64,000 nt of DNA from a virus (IMGVR_UViG_3300013947_000003:32923-96922), one strand, 5' to 3'; counted from the stretch's first letter, positions 18,833 through 26,814 are shown. The notes: generated by a model from the sequence alone, not told the origin. Program-made: numbers and translations.

Positions 18833-19026
18833 TTTTTTATTTTTTATATTTGTAAGGATGTGGAGGGTAAAATAATAAAAATTTTTATACTTATAGGAAT
18901 GAGGTATTTTAATTTTTTATATCTGTAAAATGGAGTATTCTAAGTTTATAAAAATAAAAGTTTTTTATTTGTAAAGATGGGGGCATTTTTAAATTTTTTA
19001 TATATTTATATAAACGAGGTATTATT
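18833..19026 (+). repeat. Five degenerate tandem repeats (about 33-47 bp), consensus TTTTTTATATnTGTAAAGATGGRGGTATTTT
   Basis: Copies start near 18841, 18878, 18913, 18961 and 18994. Some contain TAnnTTTG-like boxes (tatatttg). Confidence 0.55.
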
Positions 19027-19029
19027 ACC

Positions 19030-19042
19030 CACTCCTCCCCAC
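19030..19042 (+). repeat. Left copy of the 13-nt direct repeat CACTCCTCCCCAC
   Basis: An exact copy recurs at 25122-25134. Confidence 0.45.
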
Positions 19043-19480
19043 CCCTGGCGAGCCAGGGGGATATCCCCCGGGGGGCTATATATCACAGTAGTCCCAACAT
19101 GGCCCATACAGCCGAACATTGCTGCTATGGCCCAATTAATGCTTGCTAGTGTTCACTCAACTTCAGGAGTGAGGGAGCTGACCTATTCAGCCTTATAATT
19201 AACATGTTTCACTTAAAAACCATATAGGATATGAAAACAAAGCATTTCCTTATGGGGGCAAAGCAATAATTGCCTCAGCATTATTCTTTGCTGGGGCAAT
19301 TGCATATGTCTTCATCATTTGGACATCCTCCAAAGATGAGGACTAATGCCCCATGTTGGGTTGCCAACACCCAACGTATGTAGATAAAATTGGCCAACAT
19401 TATTCATTCTCCCCATCTCCTCTTTTTATTATTAACCCAAACCTTCACACTGGGAATATAGTCTATCTAGACTGGTTAAA

Positions 19481-19969
19481 GTGTATAAAAAAATGCGATA
19501 TATGTGGACGATAGAAAATGGGTACGGCCTGCTGCAAAAATGCAGCAATGCTGCAACCCTAGAAGGGGTCTTCACAGAAATTTTAGAAGAGATCCGGGAG
19601 CACTTTATAGTGTGCTCTATATGGACATCGTTTAGCGACAGGTATCCTATAAGGATACCTTTCACGGCAACTTCACTCCTCGGCGAATACTTCGCCGGGG
19701 AGGTGGTATATGATAAGGCGGAAAACCGCCTCATCATATATGAGGATGAATATTCTGCCCCCTCTAAAGAGGTGGCAAGACGGTGGTGCGAGGGGCCCAC
19801 CAAACCCAAAGAGTTGCTCTTATATTGGAGCAACTCTCCATTTAGGGCAGATGTGCAGAGGGCCTACAGCCACACAGCTCTCTGTGTGGCATTCCTGGCC
19901 ACGGGGGAAGTGGCCTCCTCATACGAGGAGGCGTGGAATATTGTTAGAGAGGCTGCTGAGCAGTCTTAA
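19481..19969 (+). CDS. Island hypothetical protein (162 aa)
   Basis: Track ORF followed by a hairpin. Confidence 0.5.
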   Translation: MYKKMRYMWTIENGYGLLQKCSNAATLEGVFTEILEEIREHFIVCSIWTSFSDRYPIRIPFTATSLLGEYFAGEVVYDKAENRLIIYEDEYSAPSKEVARRWCEGPTKPKELLLYWSNSPFRADVQRAYSHTALCVAFLATGEVASSYEEAWNIVREAAEQS

Positions 19970-20290
19970 CAATATCCCCAGGATGAGCTCAAGAGCGATT
20001 GAATAAAAGGCCCTACAAAGCCTTTTACTTCACTCTTGAGTTCACCAAAGGTGGGTGGCCTGTTGGGTTTGTAGGCACCCCAACATTAGACAAAAACCTA
20101 CAGCACACTGCTCCCTCAGTAATATTCTATGCCCTCCATTAATTGGTTGTAGCCCTCAGTTTGCATATTGTATTATATATATGTAAACTTCTCTTTAGTT
20201 ATGCATAGTTTCAGGTCATTCTTATCCATAGAATGGCTTGTTACTAATGCTGTATGTCTCGTTGATTTATTAACTCTTAACCTCAAAGAT

Positions 20291-20599
20291 ATGGAGTTAC
20301 ATAATTATACTCCTCACACAATCTCTTTGAATAATGGCACACAGTTCCCCTCTGAAGGGTTGGCTCGTGTGGCCAATACATTCACAGAGTTTGTGGAAGG
20401 TATCTGTGAGGTACACTTTGGAGACATCCAAGGACTTCCTGAGCCTCAGGAAGGTGTCCTGTATATAGTGTCTGCACTTGTATTGTCTGCAGCTAAGGCT
20501 GCTGGCCGTACAGATTGTGTGGCACCTGCGACAGGACATCCTGATTGCATCCGTGATGCAAAAGGATTTATCCTGAGTGTGCCTGGCTTTGTTCGATAG
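20291..20599 (+). CDS. Island hypothetical protein (102 aa from the internal ATG)
   Basis: In frame with track ORF 20168..20599. The ATG at 20291 is the first one after the AT-rich leader. Confidence 0.5.
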   Translation: MELHNYTPHTISLNNGTQFPSEGLARVANTFTEFVEGICEVHFGDIQGLPEPQEGVLYIVSALVLSAAKAAGRTDCVAPATGHPDCIRDAKGFILSVPGFVR

Positions 20600-20714
20600 A
20601 ATAGAGCCTTCACGGAGTTTTCACCTTGCAAAATAATGGGAGTTTTGTAAGGGCTTTCCTTGGCAACAGAATAAAGCCAGGTTCCCATAATGTTTAATTC
20701 ATAATATTATAATA

Positions 20715-20960
20715 ATGTTAGCATTGTTACAATATAATGAAAGCGAGGTCTATAGCAGCAGCCTCTTTCTTAACAAAGAAGAGGCTAAACTGCAATTCGC
20801 CAAGCTCAAAGAAGAGTTTGCCAAAGAGGAAGGCAATACCTTCGAAGAACTTGGTGAGGGCCATTTTACATGGTGTTCTTGGGACAGCCTGGAATTCCAA
20901 TATGTAAAATTGGTGGACCTCGGTCCCTCCTTAAGGGAATACTTTGGAGTAAACCTTTGA
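20715..20960 (+). CDS. Island hypothetical acidic protein (81 aa)
   Basis: Track ORF. Hairpin actttggg/cccaaagt follows. Confidence 0.5.
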   Translation: MLALLQYNESEVYSSSLFLNKEEAKLQFAKLKEEFAKEEGNTFEELGEGHFTWCSWDSLEFQYVKLVDLGPSLREYFGVNL

Positions 20961-21163
20961 GAACTTTGGGTTTATGCTTTCCCAAAGTATAGATAAAAAA
21001 GCACAATATTAAAAAACTTATATCCCTATGAGTTTCTTTTATTAAAAGTTTTAGATTAGGGACCTTGTTTTAATCTCGGTTTCACACCACTATATTATAT
21101 AGTGTGTTATAGTGGTGGCTTTATTAAAGTATATCACACACTACCACCAAAACATATACATCT

Positions 21164-21310
21164 ATGGAAACATTTGATGTTATGTGCCTCCTAACAGTAT
21201 TGCTTATAATAGCAATTCTGGGAGGCATTGTGTTCCTCCTAGAGGCCACCCCACTGTGGAAGAAGTTTCAAAACTTCATTCTCCACATATGGGGTGGAGA
21301 GGAAGACTAA
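21164..21310 (+). CDS. Island small membrane protein (48 aa)
   Basis: METFDVMCLLTVLLIIAILGGIVFLL.. has one TM segment. Below the track length cut-off. Confidence 0.45.
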   Translation: METFDVMCLLTVLLIIAILGGIVFLLEATPLWKKFQNFILHIWGGEED

Positions 21311-21426
21311 CTCACTCTCCTCTCTCCTCACCTCTACTCCTCATTCACTTAATTCTAACCAAAACCTCCCAGGTAGTAAGGGTGTATTCCCAAGCTTATA
21401 AAGCTGTTAAGACCTGTTCAAAAATC

Positions 21427-21816
21427 ATGACAAAATTTAATTTTGCTTACAATCGTCTTCGTGAAGCCTACATGGCATTCACACACAGCCGTTCGTACAA
21501 CTCCTTTCAGGCATGGTATAATGAGTGCCACTACATAGATTGGGTGTGGGGGTATTATGGGGGAATTTTCGAAAGGGCGGACTACTATAGTAGTCCGCAA
21601 AAAGAAAGAGCGCAGAGGGAGTGGGAGAGCTTCCTCCTAAGGACCGCTAAGATATTTGATATCTTAGCGGACTGCACAGACTGGCACGAATCTGTGCCGT
21701 ACTTCTATAAGAACGGAGACCCAGAGGCGACTCTCCGTCAATTCTTCCCAGAACTGGAAGAAGCAGACAGAATAAAGAGGGAATCCTCTTTAGGGAAGGA
21801 CTACTTCCCATTCTAA
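21427..21816 (+). CDS. Island hypothetical protein (129 aa)
   Basis: Internal ATG of track ORF 21184..21816. The 5' part of that ORF overlaps the small TM gene. Confidence 0.5.
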   Translation: MTKFNFAYNRLREAYMAFTHSRSYNSFQAWYNECHYIDWVWGYYGGIFERADYYSSPQKERAQREWESFLLRTAKIFDILADCTDWHESVPYFYKNGDPEATLRQFFPELEEADRIKRESSLGKDYFPF

Positions 21817-21898
21817 TACTCCTAGAAAAAAACTAGTACCCCTAGAGTTTCTACATGAGTAGTTTTAAATAGGGGTTTCACTTAAATCCTATAAAACA

Positions 21899-22186
21899 AT
21901 GAAAAAAGGATTTTATGAGTTCAAAGAAGAACTCCTTCAGCAAATAGATGCTGAAATAGAAAATGCACCTCAACAGTCAATAACTGTTGAGGAATTTGAG
22001 GAATACCTCAACATCCACAATAAAGTAACTAAGTGTGTTGACACCATAGGGCTACTAAAGCTAGCCCAAACCTTTTACAGGACACGCTTGTTTAGTGTTT
22101 GTAGTACCCCGGACTCCCCAACAACGTCTTCCATAGAGTACTATCTGGGGAAGCTCCAAGAAGTAAGGAGGGAGCTTTATGGATGA
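21899..22186 (+). CDS. Island hypothetical protein (95 aa)
   Basis: Track ORF that overlaps the next gene. Confidence 0.55.
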   Translation: MKKGFYEFKEELLQQIDAEIENAPQQSITVEEFEEYLNIHNKVTKCVDTIGLLKLAQTFYRTRLFSVCSTPDSPTTSSIEYYLGKLQEVRRELYG

Positions 22187-22442
22187 GAGGCTCTATGAGT
22201 TATTGTTGGATTTGACAATCCACATGGCTCAAAGGAGATTCGATCAAAGGATCTCCAAAAGAGATCTCTCTACATGGGATCTCTATGAGATATATGAGGA
22301 GCTAGACCTCCTCTATAACATGAAACGCACTGAATGGCCTACATTAGTGCGCCTTTCAAAAAAGTACATTGTGTACTTATTAAACCAAGAAGGGACAGAT
22401 AAACTGTTCTTTAAGTCCCTCCTGCAAAACCTAAAAGTATGA
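22179..22442 (+). CDS. Island hypothetical protein (87 aa)
   Basis: Track ORF with an ATGA overlap to the next gene. Confidence 0.55.
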   Translation: MDERLYELLLDLTIHMAQRRFDQRISKRDLSTWDLYEIYEELDLLYNMKRTEWPTLVRLSKKYIVYLLNQEGTDKLFFKSLLQNLKV

Positions 22443-22681
22443 GCGAATACTGGGAATGTCTCCAAAAGGATATCAAGGAGACCAAAGCAGCTGTGGAGGA
22501 CCTCAACAAACATCTTGAGAAAATCCGCCGTCTAAAAAGAGCTACTCCACAAGAACACGTGGAGAAACAAGAGGAGTTAAAACAAATAGAGCGAGAGCTC
22601 TCTAATGACCTAGACTACTATGAGTTGAAACTCCAAGACCTCACAAAAGAAGAGTGTATGTACGAGTACTTCTGCTCTTAA
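22439..22681 (+). CDS. Island hypothetical coiled-coil protein (80 aa)
   Basis: Track ORF. Hairpin cttggtgggc/gcccaccaag follows. Confidence 0.55.
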   Translation: MSEYWECLQKDIKETKAAVEDLNKHLEKIRRLKRATPQEHVEKQEELKQIERELSNDLDYYELKLQDLTKEECMYEYFCS

Positions 22682-22777
22682 AATCTGAGCAATTCACTTG
22701 GTGGGCTTAAATAGTATGGGCCCACCAAGGCTTTGTATAAGTCAACACATACTACCACATCTAAAACTTATAATACA

Positions 22778-22981
22778 ATGGAAAAGTTTTCAGATGACCC
22801 TATTTGGGTAACAAAAGATGGAGTTAAACTCCATCTTTCTGAGATGTCAACCAGGCATCTCATTAACAGTTTAAACCTTCTAAGGATTAACTGTGGGTGG
22901 AGAGAGCGCTTTGTAGTTCCCATGCTTCGGGAACTTAAAAGGCGTAACATGTTATTTGACTGGTGGTTCTATAATCTCTAG
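22778..22981 (+). CDS. Island hypothetical protein (67 aa), ends in TAG used as stop
   Basis: Internal ATG of track ORF 22733..22981. Confidence 0.5.
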   Translation: MEKFSDDPIWVTKDGVKLHLSEMSTRHLINSLNLLRINCGWRERFVVPMLRELKRRNMLFDWWFYNL

Positions 22982-23054
22982 TTAGCATAGAACTAATACC
23001 TTCCTAAGTTCTCAAGTTCTTAAAGGGAAGGTTCACTTAAAACGCATAACAACA

Positions 23055-23339
23055 ATGGAAAACAAAACAAATGGAAGGTGTTTAGCTATCATAGATAGCA
23101 TCACCTATAATCTTAGGATGCTAGTAGCCACACCGAAACATCCTAATGGAGGTGTATTCTATGTGTGGGCAGCAATACAAGCCCACTATCCATATGAGGT
23201 ACACTTCATTACAGAGTACCAAGGGATGTACCTTGTAGATCCTCGGGTACTCTGCAAAGCAGATAGGAGTACCATAGATAATATGGAACTAGAGGCTAAA
23301 AGCCTTAGAATCTTAGTATACGAACAAAAAATAAAATAA
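23055..23339 (+). CDS. Island hypothetical protein (94 aa)
   Basis: Track ORF. Confidence 0.55.
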   Translation: MENKTNGRCLAIIDSITYNLRMLVATPKHPNGGVFYVWAAIQAHYPYEVHFITEYQGMYLVDPRVLCKADRSTIDNMELEAKSLRILVYEQKIK

Positions 23340-23376
23340 TATATAACACTCTAACTAAAGCTTGTAGGCTGCTCTA

Positions 23377-23691
23377 GTGTGGAACCTTCAAATAATTATG
23401 AACATACAGCGTTCCTTCACACTTCTTATCTACTCCATCCTGGCAAATAAGCCCCACACACTCTTTGCAGATAGCTTATATCCTGTTAGAGGGATGGCTT
23501 TTAAACAAGGAGGCCACCTCTATACCTCAAAGATACATCTGGGGTATATGTTCTACCTAAGCACCCCATACTCAAATGGTAGGTGCTTTGACCTGCTTGT
23601 AATAAGGCAGGGAGAGCAGGTTGATGAACACTGGGGAATAGTGCTTCCCGTAGACACTTTAAAATCTATTATCAATTACCTAAAATACTAA
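23377..23691 (+). CDS. Island hypothetical protein (start uncertain; alternative ATG 23494)
   Basis: Track ORF. Confidence 0.45.
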   Translation: MWNLQIIMNIQRSFTLLIYSILANKPHTLFADSLYPVRGMAFKQGGHLYTSKIHLGYMFYLSTPYSNGRCFDLLVIRQGEQVDEHWGIVLPVDTLKSIINYLKY

Positions 23692-23702
23692 CCACCAAAA
23701 CA

Positions 23703-24161
23703 ATGAAGTTAATAATCCGGCTTCAAAGTAACGTGAATACGTTGCTTACAAACCATTCCCTAGATGGGAAAAGGTTTCATAATCATGTGGTTTTCTATCT
23801 TAACCTTCATAAAAAGATAGAGCAAAACAGATTCAATCTGTTTAAGACGGCGCTTGTTAATAAACTTAACAGGTGCTGTCCTGAGTTTGAGGATGTATCC
23901 ATCAAGCAGGTTAAACACCATGCTTATGATGGGGCAAAAACAATTAACCTCAAAAACCAGCTTTGGGCACTAAATGCCGCAAGTGAGGAATATATGCTAG
24001 AGTTAGTTCTCAAATACATCGTCGATATACTGCGCCTTAATTGTACGCTAAGCAACTATGAAGGCATTGGCGAAAAAGCCTTTATAATAGCAGATACAGA
24101 TGATAACATGTTTGAGTATATACTCAATACATATAAAAACGGGGTCATTATAGACGCCTAG
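23703..24161 (+). CDS. Island hypothetical protein (152 aa), TAG stop
   Basis: Track ORF. Confidence 0.55.
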   Translation: MKLIIRLQSNVNTLLTNHSLDGKRFHNHVVFYLNLHKKIEQNRFNLFKTALVNKLNRCCPEFEDVSIKQVKHHAYDGAKTINLKNQLWALNAASEEYMLELVLKYIVDILRLNCTLSNYEGIGEKAFIIADTDDNMFEYILNTYKNGVIIDA

Positions 24162-24186
24162 TATCTGTAATCAAATATCTAAAATA

Positions 24187-24363
24187 ATGGATAAAGAAAA
24201 GAGGCTTGAAGAGCTGCGGTTTGATATAATGCGGCAAGAACTTATCAGTGGATACCTAAATGAAAGACTGATAGAAGTATCAAAGAAACTCAAAGAACTG
24301 CGTAAAGAAGAAGATGACCTTGAAAGGCAAATCTTCGAAGAACTTGAAGCAGAAGAATACTAA
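24187..24363 (+). CDS. Island hypothetical coiled-coil protein (58 aa)
   Basis: ATG 24187 to TAA 24361-24363. Below the track cut-off. Confidence 0.4.
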   Translation: MDKEKRLEELRFDIMRQELISGYLNERLIEVSKKLKELRKEEDDLERQIFEELEAEEY

Positions 24364-24548
24364 ACCATCCTATATAATAGTGCCCTTGAGGAGTAAAATC
24401 CTTGAGGGCATTATTTTTTTCTGCCCGCTTGCGCGTGCAAGTCACTCTTTCCCATGCATGGAAGGCAAGGTTGCCAATGAGAGGTTCAACCACCTTCCAC
24501 ATCTTTTCACTTAAAACCTTATGGTGTATAGGTTAACCGTATACTGTT

Positions 24549-24836
24549 ATGTCTAAGTCAATTCTTAGCGGCAAAGTTTATGCAGGTTCTTGGAATCTCG
24601 ACTCCACTGAAAACCTCAGCCAAGAGGAACTCAATGCCTTCGAGAAGGCCACGGTGGTAGATTCCATGTATGGACTTTCTTGCTGCTTTCTAATGCATAG
24701 CGGCGAGAAGATCTACGTCCCCATGGCCACCCAAAGTGGGGCCAAAGCAGGGGATGTCCTTGACTTGCACACCATGAAGAAACTCACCCTCTCCAAATCA
24801 GGAGAGGAAGATATTCTTCGTATCATGGAGGGATAA
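24549..24836 (+). CDS. Island hypothetical protein (95 aa)
   Basis: Track ORF, the last gene before a strong terminator. Confidence 0.55.
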   Translation: MSKSILSGKVYAGSWNLDSTENLSQEELNAFEKATVVDSMYGLSCCFLMHSGEKIYVPMATQSGAKAGDVLDLHTMKKLTLSKSGEEDILRIMEG

Positions 24837-24861
24837 TTAAACCCCCTCCTTCCGCTCTACA

Positions 24862-24901
24862 TACCCTCCTGGGAATTATTCCTGGGAGGGTATTTTTTTT
24901 T
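24862..24901 (+). terminator. Rho-independent terminator ending the island operon
   Basis: taccctcc...ggagggta hairpin followed by T9. Confidence 0.7.
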
Positions 24902-24984
24902 CAGTCACCTCTCTCATCTAAGTTTCCATTACTATTTATTAATCTATATTAACATTAATTAATAGTAATAACATTACTTTATAT

Positions 24985-25054
24985 TGGTATATTACCAATT
25001 ATACCATACTTTTTATTGGTTTATTACCAATTTATACTATTGGTATGTTACCAA
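24985..25054. promoter_or_regulatory. Three copies of a 15-bp palindromic operator-like site, TTGGTA-N3-TACCAA
   Basis: ttggtatattaccaa (24985-24999), ttggtttattaccaa (25016-25030), ttggtatgttaccaa (25040-25054). Confidence 0.55.
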
Positions 25055-25121
25055 TTTTATCACAACAACCTCACTATATGTGTGGGTTATGTTGTTGAAT
25101 ATCAGTGAGTTACAGATGTCC

Positions 25122-25134
25122 TCACTCCTCCCCA
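25122..25134 (+). repeat. Right copy of the 13-nt direct repeat CACTCCTCCCCAC
   Basis: Exact match to 19030-19042. Confidence 0.45.
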
Positions 25135-25258
25135 CAGTTGGTGGTGCACCGAGTAACTTATAAAAAATCAAAAGGATAAGTTAAATTATAGCTTTTTTTA
25201 CCCGCTATTAATTCTCCTCCTTTTTGGTTTTTTATTTGCACACCTTAAAATTTATATA

Positions 25259-25266
25259 TAATTTTG
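25259..25266 (+). promoter_or_regulatory. Bacteroidota-type -7 element TAATTTTG
   Basis: Ends about 10 nt before the tRNA-Leu 5' end. Confidence 0.45.
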
Positions 25267-25276
25267 TATAAAATAA

Positions 25277-25362
25277 GCCCTTATGATGGAATTGGTAGAC
25301 ATGAGAGACTTAAAATCTCTTGGCCATTATTGGCTGTGTGGGTTCGAGTCCCACTAGGGGTA
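25277..25362 (+). tRNA. tRNA-Leu (anticodon UAA), type II with long variable arm
   Basis: gccctta tg..aattggtaga.. agaga ct-TAA-aa tctct, variable arm tggccattattggctgtg, T-arm tgggttcgagtccca, 3' strand taggggt a. Collinear with bacterial tRNA-Leu(UAA). Confidence 0.8.
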
Positions 25363-25394
25363 CAATTAACAGTATTAACTTAAAACTAAACAAA

Positions 25395-25859
25395 ATGGAG
25401 TACATTTACAAGATGACTTTAGTGGCAGGTGGAACCACTATCTGTACAAGAAAAGTAAGAACAAAAGAAGAAGGTGAATTTCAAGCAAAAGAAATTCTAA
25501 AAAACAGACAAGATGTAGTAAAAGTGGAATACTATATCAAAGAAGGAGAAAAAAATAAATGTAATCCTTCGAAAGAAGAAAAAGTATATAACTACATACT
25601 CAAAACGTACTCACAGTTATACGAAACTCCCCTTAAAAAATACCCTAATGTATCTACATTAGCGGTTTTTGGTGCTACATCTAAAATAGTAGATGATATA
25701 GAGAGCTATCTTAATATATCTTTTAATGGAGATAGGACATCTTTAGAAGAAGGAGCTCTCTTCATACGCAAACATATAGAAGACCTCTATAATGCAATAG
25801 AAAAGTATAAAATGGACCTCTATAATGCCGACATAGTCGATATTATAGACACATATTAA
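25395..25859 (+). CDS. Hypothetical 154-aa early protein
   Basis: Internal ATG of track ORF 25320..25859, whose 5' part overlaps tRNA-Leu. Confidence 0.5.
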   Translation: MEYIYKMTLVAGGTTICTRKVRTKEEGEFQAKEILKNRQDVVKVEYYIKEGEKNKCNPSKEEKVYNYILKTYSQLYETPLKKYPNVSTLAVFGATSKIVDDIESYLNISFNGDRTSLEEGALFIRKHIEDLYNAIEKYKMDLYNADIVDIIDTY

Positions 25860-26025
25860 ATGACGTCCTACTTTCTTGTAGGAACATGTACTATGTTACA
25901 GCAGTACTAAAAAAGTCCCAGAAGATGTTGGTGACAAAGCAACCTTCTTAAAATCTATCTGCTACATCGACACTTTGTCCGTATGAGATGTATGATAGAG
26001 GTTAGAGACAATTGGTACTCTAACA

Positions 26026-26122
26026 GACTATATAGTTTATGTGTTAAAACATTCTTATATTACCTATGTGAAAAGTGCATGGGGTTATAAGAAAGAAGTA
26101 AGTTCGCAACTTACTGTAGTCG
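26026..26122 (+). tRNA. tRNA-like element A: canonical acceptor, D and T arms but 32 nt between the anticodon-stem halves
   Basis: gactata ta gttt atgtgtta aaac a ttctt [atattacctatgtgaaaagtgcatggggttat] aagaa agaa gtaag ttcgcaa cttac tgtagtc g. The insert can form an extra helix, cctatg/catggg. Confidence 0.45.
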
Positions 26123-26141
26123 CACTTCATTTTGTAATAAT

Positions 26142-26261
26142 AGGTATATAGTTTAACTAAAGTAAAACACCATTACAGTCTATTTTTAGAGTGTTAGTTT
26201 GATTTTTTGTTGGCCATTGTTTTCAGTAATGGAGATATAGGTTCAAATCCTATTATACCTT
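26142..26261 (+). tRNA. tRNA-like element B: possible tRNA-Glu(UUC) with a 44-53 nt insertion in or next to the anticodon arm
   Basis: aggtata ta gttt..aaac a ccatt [53 nt] aatgg agat atagg ttcaaat cctat tatacct. ccatt is duplicated (26170, 26214). The second copy gives the arm ccattg ttTTCag taatgg. Confidence 0.45.
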
Positions 26262-26321
26262 CTATATAAGTATCGTTTTTAGATTGTTAAAACTAGTGGT
26301 ACGTGAGTATAGCTAGTATAT

Positions 26322-26395
26322 GGTCCTTTAGCTTAGTTGGTTAGAGCACCTGACTCATAATCAGGGAGTCGTAGGTTCAAGCCCTACAAGGACCA
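26322..26395 (+). tRNA. tRNA with anticodon CAU (elongator Met or Ile2)
   Basis: ggtcctt ta gctt agttggtta gagc a cctga ct-CAT-aa tcagg gagtc gtagg ttcaagc cctac aaggacc a. Confidence 0.85.
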
Positions 26396-26441
26396 CTTCA
26401 TTGTATTGTTGGTTTTAAGTGAAACAATTGGTTATTAACCA

Positions 26442-26509
26442 GGCTCTTTAGTTTAATGTAAAACATTCTATAGTATAGAAAGATGTAGGGTCATATCCTA
26501 CAAGAGCTG
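26442..26509 (+). tRNA. tRNA-like element C with a 15-nt anticodon arm and non-canonical T-loop
   Basis: ggctctt ta gttt aatgta aaac a ttcta tagta tagaa agat gtagg gtcatat cctac aagagct g. Confidence 0.35.
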
Positions 26510-26567
26510 CAAAAATTAAGTGTTTTATAACATTTTGATTAACATTTTGGTCATATTCACTTATTTT

Positions 26568-26606
26568 ACCTTGCGGTTCGTGAGAATAGCAAGGTTTTAT
26601 TTTTTA
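26568..26606 (+). terminator. Rho-independent terminator after the tRNA cluster
   Basis: accttgc/gcaaggt hairpin followed by tttatttttt. Confidence 0.6.
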
Positions 26607-26625
26607 ACTTAAAACACAAAAGATT

Positions 26626-26814
26626 ATGGAAAAATGGATAATTAAATTAAGTAATAACGCATTTGCTTATATAGCAAATAACACCTTATATATCAAATAT
26701 AACTTTGAAGAAGCATCTATGTTTGATACTATAGGTGATGCATGGAAAGCTGCAATATTTGTAAACAAATTGCTAAATACAAATGCTGTAGCAGTATCTT
26801 ACTATGTACATTAA
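26626..26814 (+). CDS. Hypothetical 62-aa protein
   Basis: Track ORF. Confidence 0.45.
   Translation: MEKWIIKLSNNAFAYIANNTLYIKYNFEEASMFDTIGDAWKAAIFVNKLLNTNAVAVSYYVH

Larger units (their letters stand above)
19030..25134 (+). other. Compositionally foreign (G+C-richer) island of about 14 small unknown genes
   Basis: Abrupt, visible shift from AT-rich phage sequence to G+C-rich sequence. All ORFs are on the plus strand and use the standard code. Bracketed by the 13-nt direct repeat. Confidence 0.6.

Noticed and set aside
18833-19026. Possible CRISPR array
   Set aside because: The repeats are degenerate, AT-rich and directly abutting, without uniform unique spacers, and there are no cas genes in the window.
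19432-20688. Minus-strand ORFs inside the G+C-rich island (19432..19833, 20297..20539, 20446..20688) and the overlapping plus-strand ORF 19710..20006
   Set aside because: They overlap better plus-strand ORFs that follow the hairpin and operon layout of the island, and their sequences are Arg/Ser/Cys-rich, as expected from out-of-frame reading of G+C-rich DNA.
19030-25134. Integrated prophage, transposon or integrase-borne element
   Set aside because: No integrase, transposase or recombinase motif is recognisable in any island ORF. Only the 13-nt direct repeat hints at mobility, so I describe it as a compositional island and not as a defined mobile element.
25861-26025. An additional tRNA or a group I intron upstream of tRNA-like element A
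   Set aside because: Several hairpins are present (tcctac/gtagga, gacaaag/ctttgtc, gttagag/ctctaac), but I found no acceptor and T-arm combination and no recognisable intron core, so I left it unannotated.
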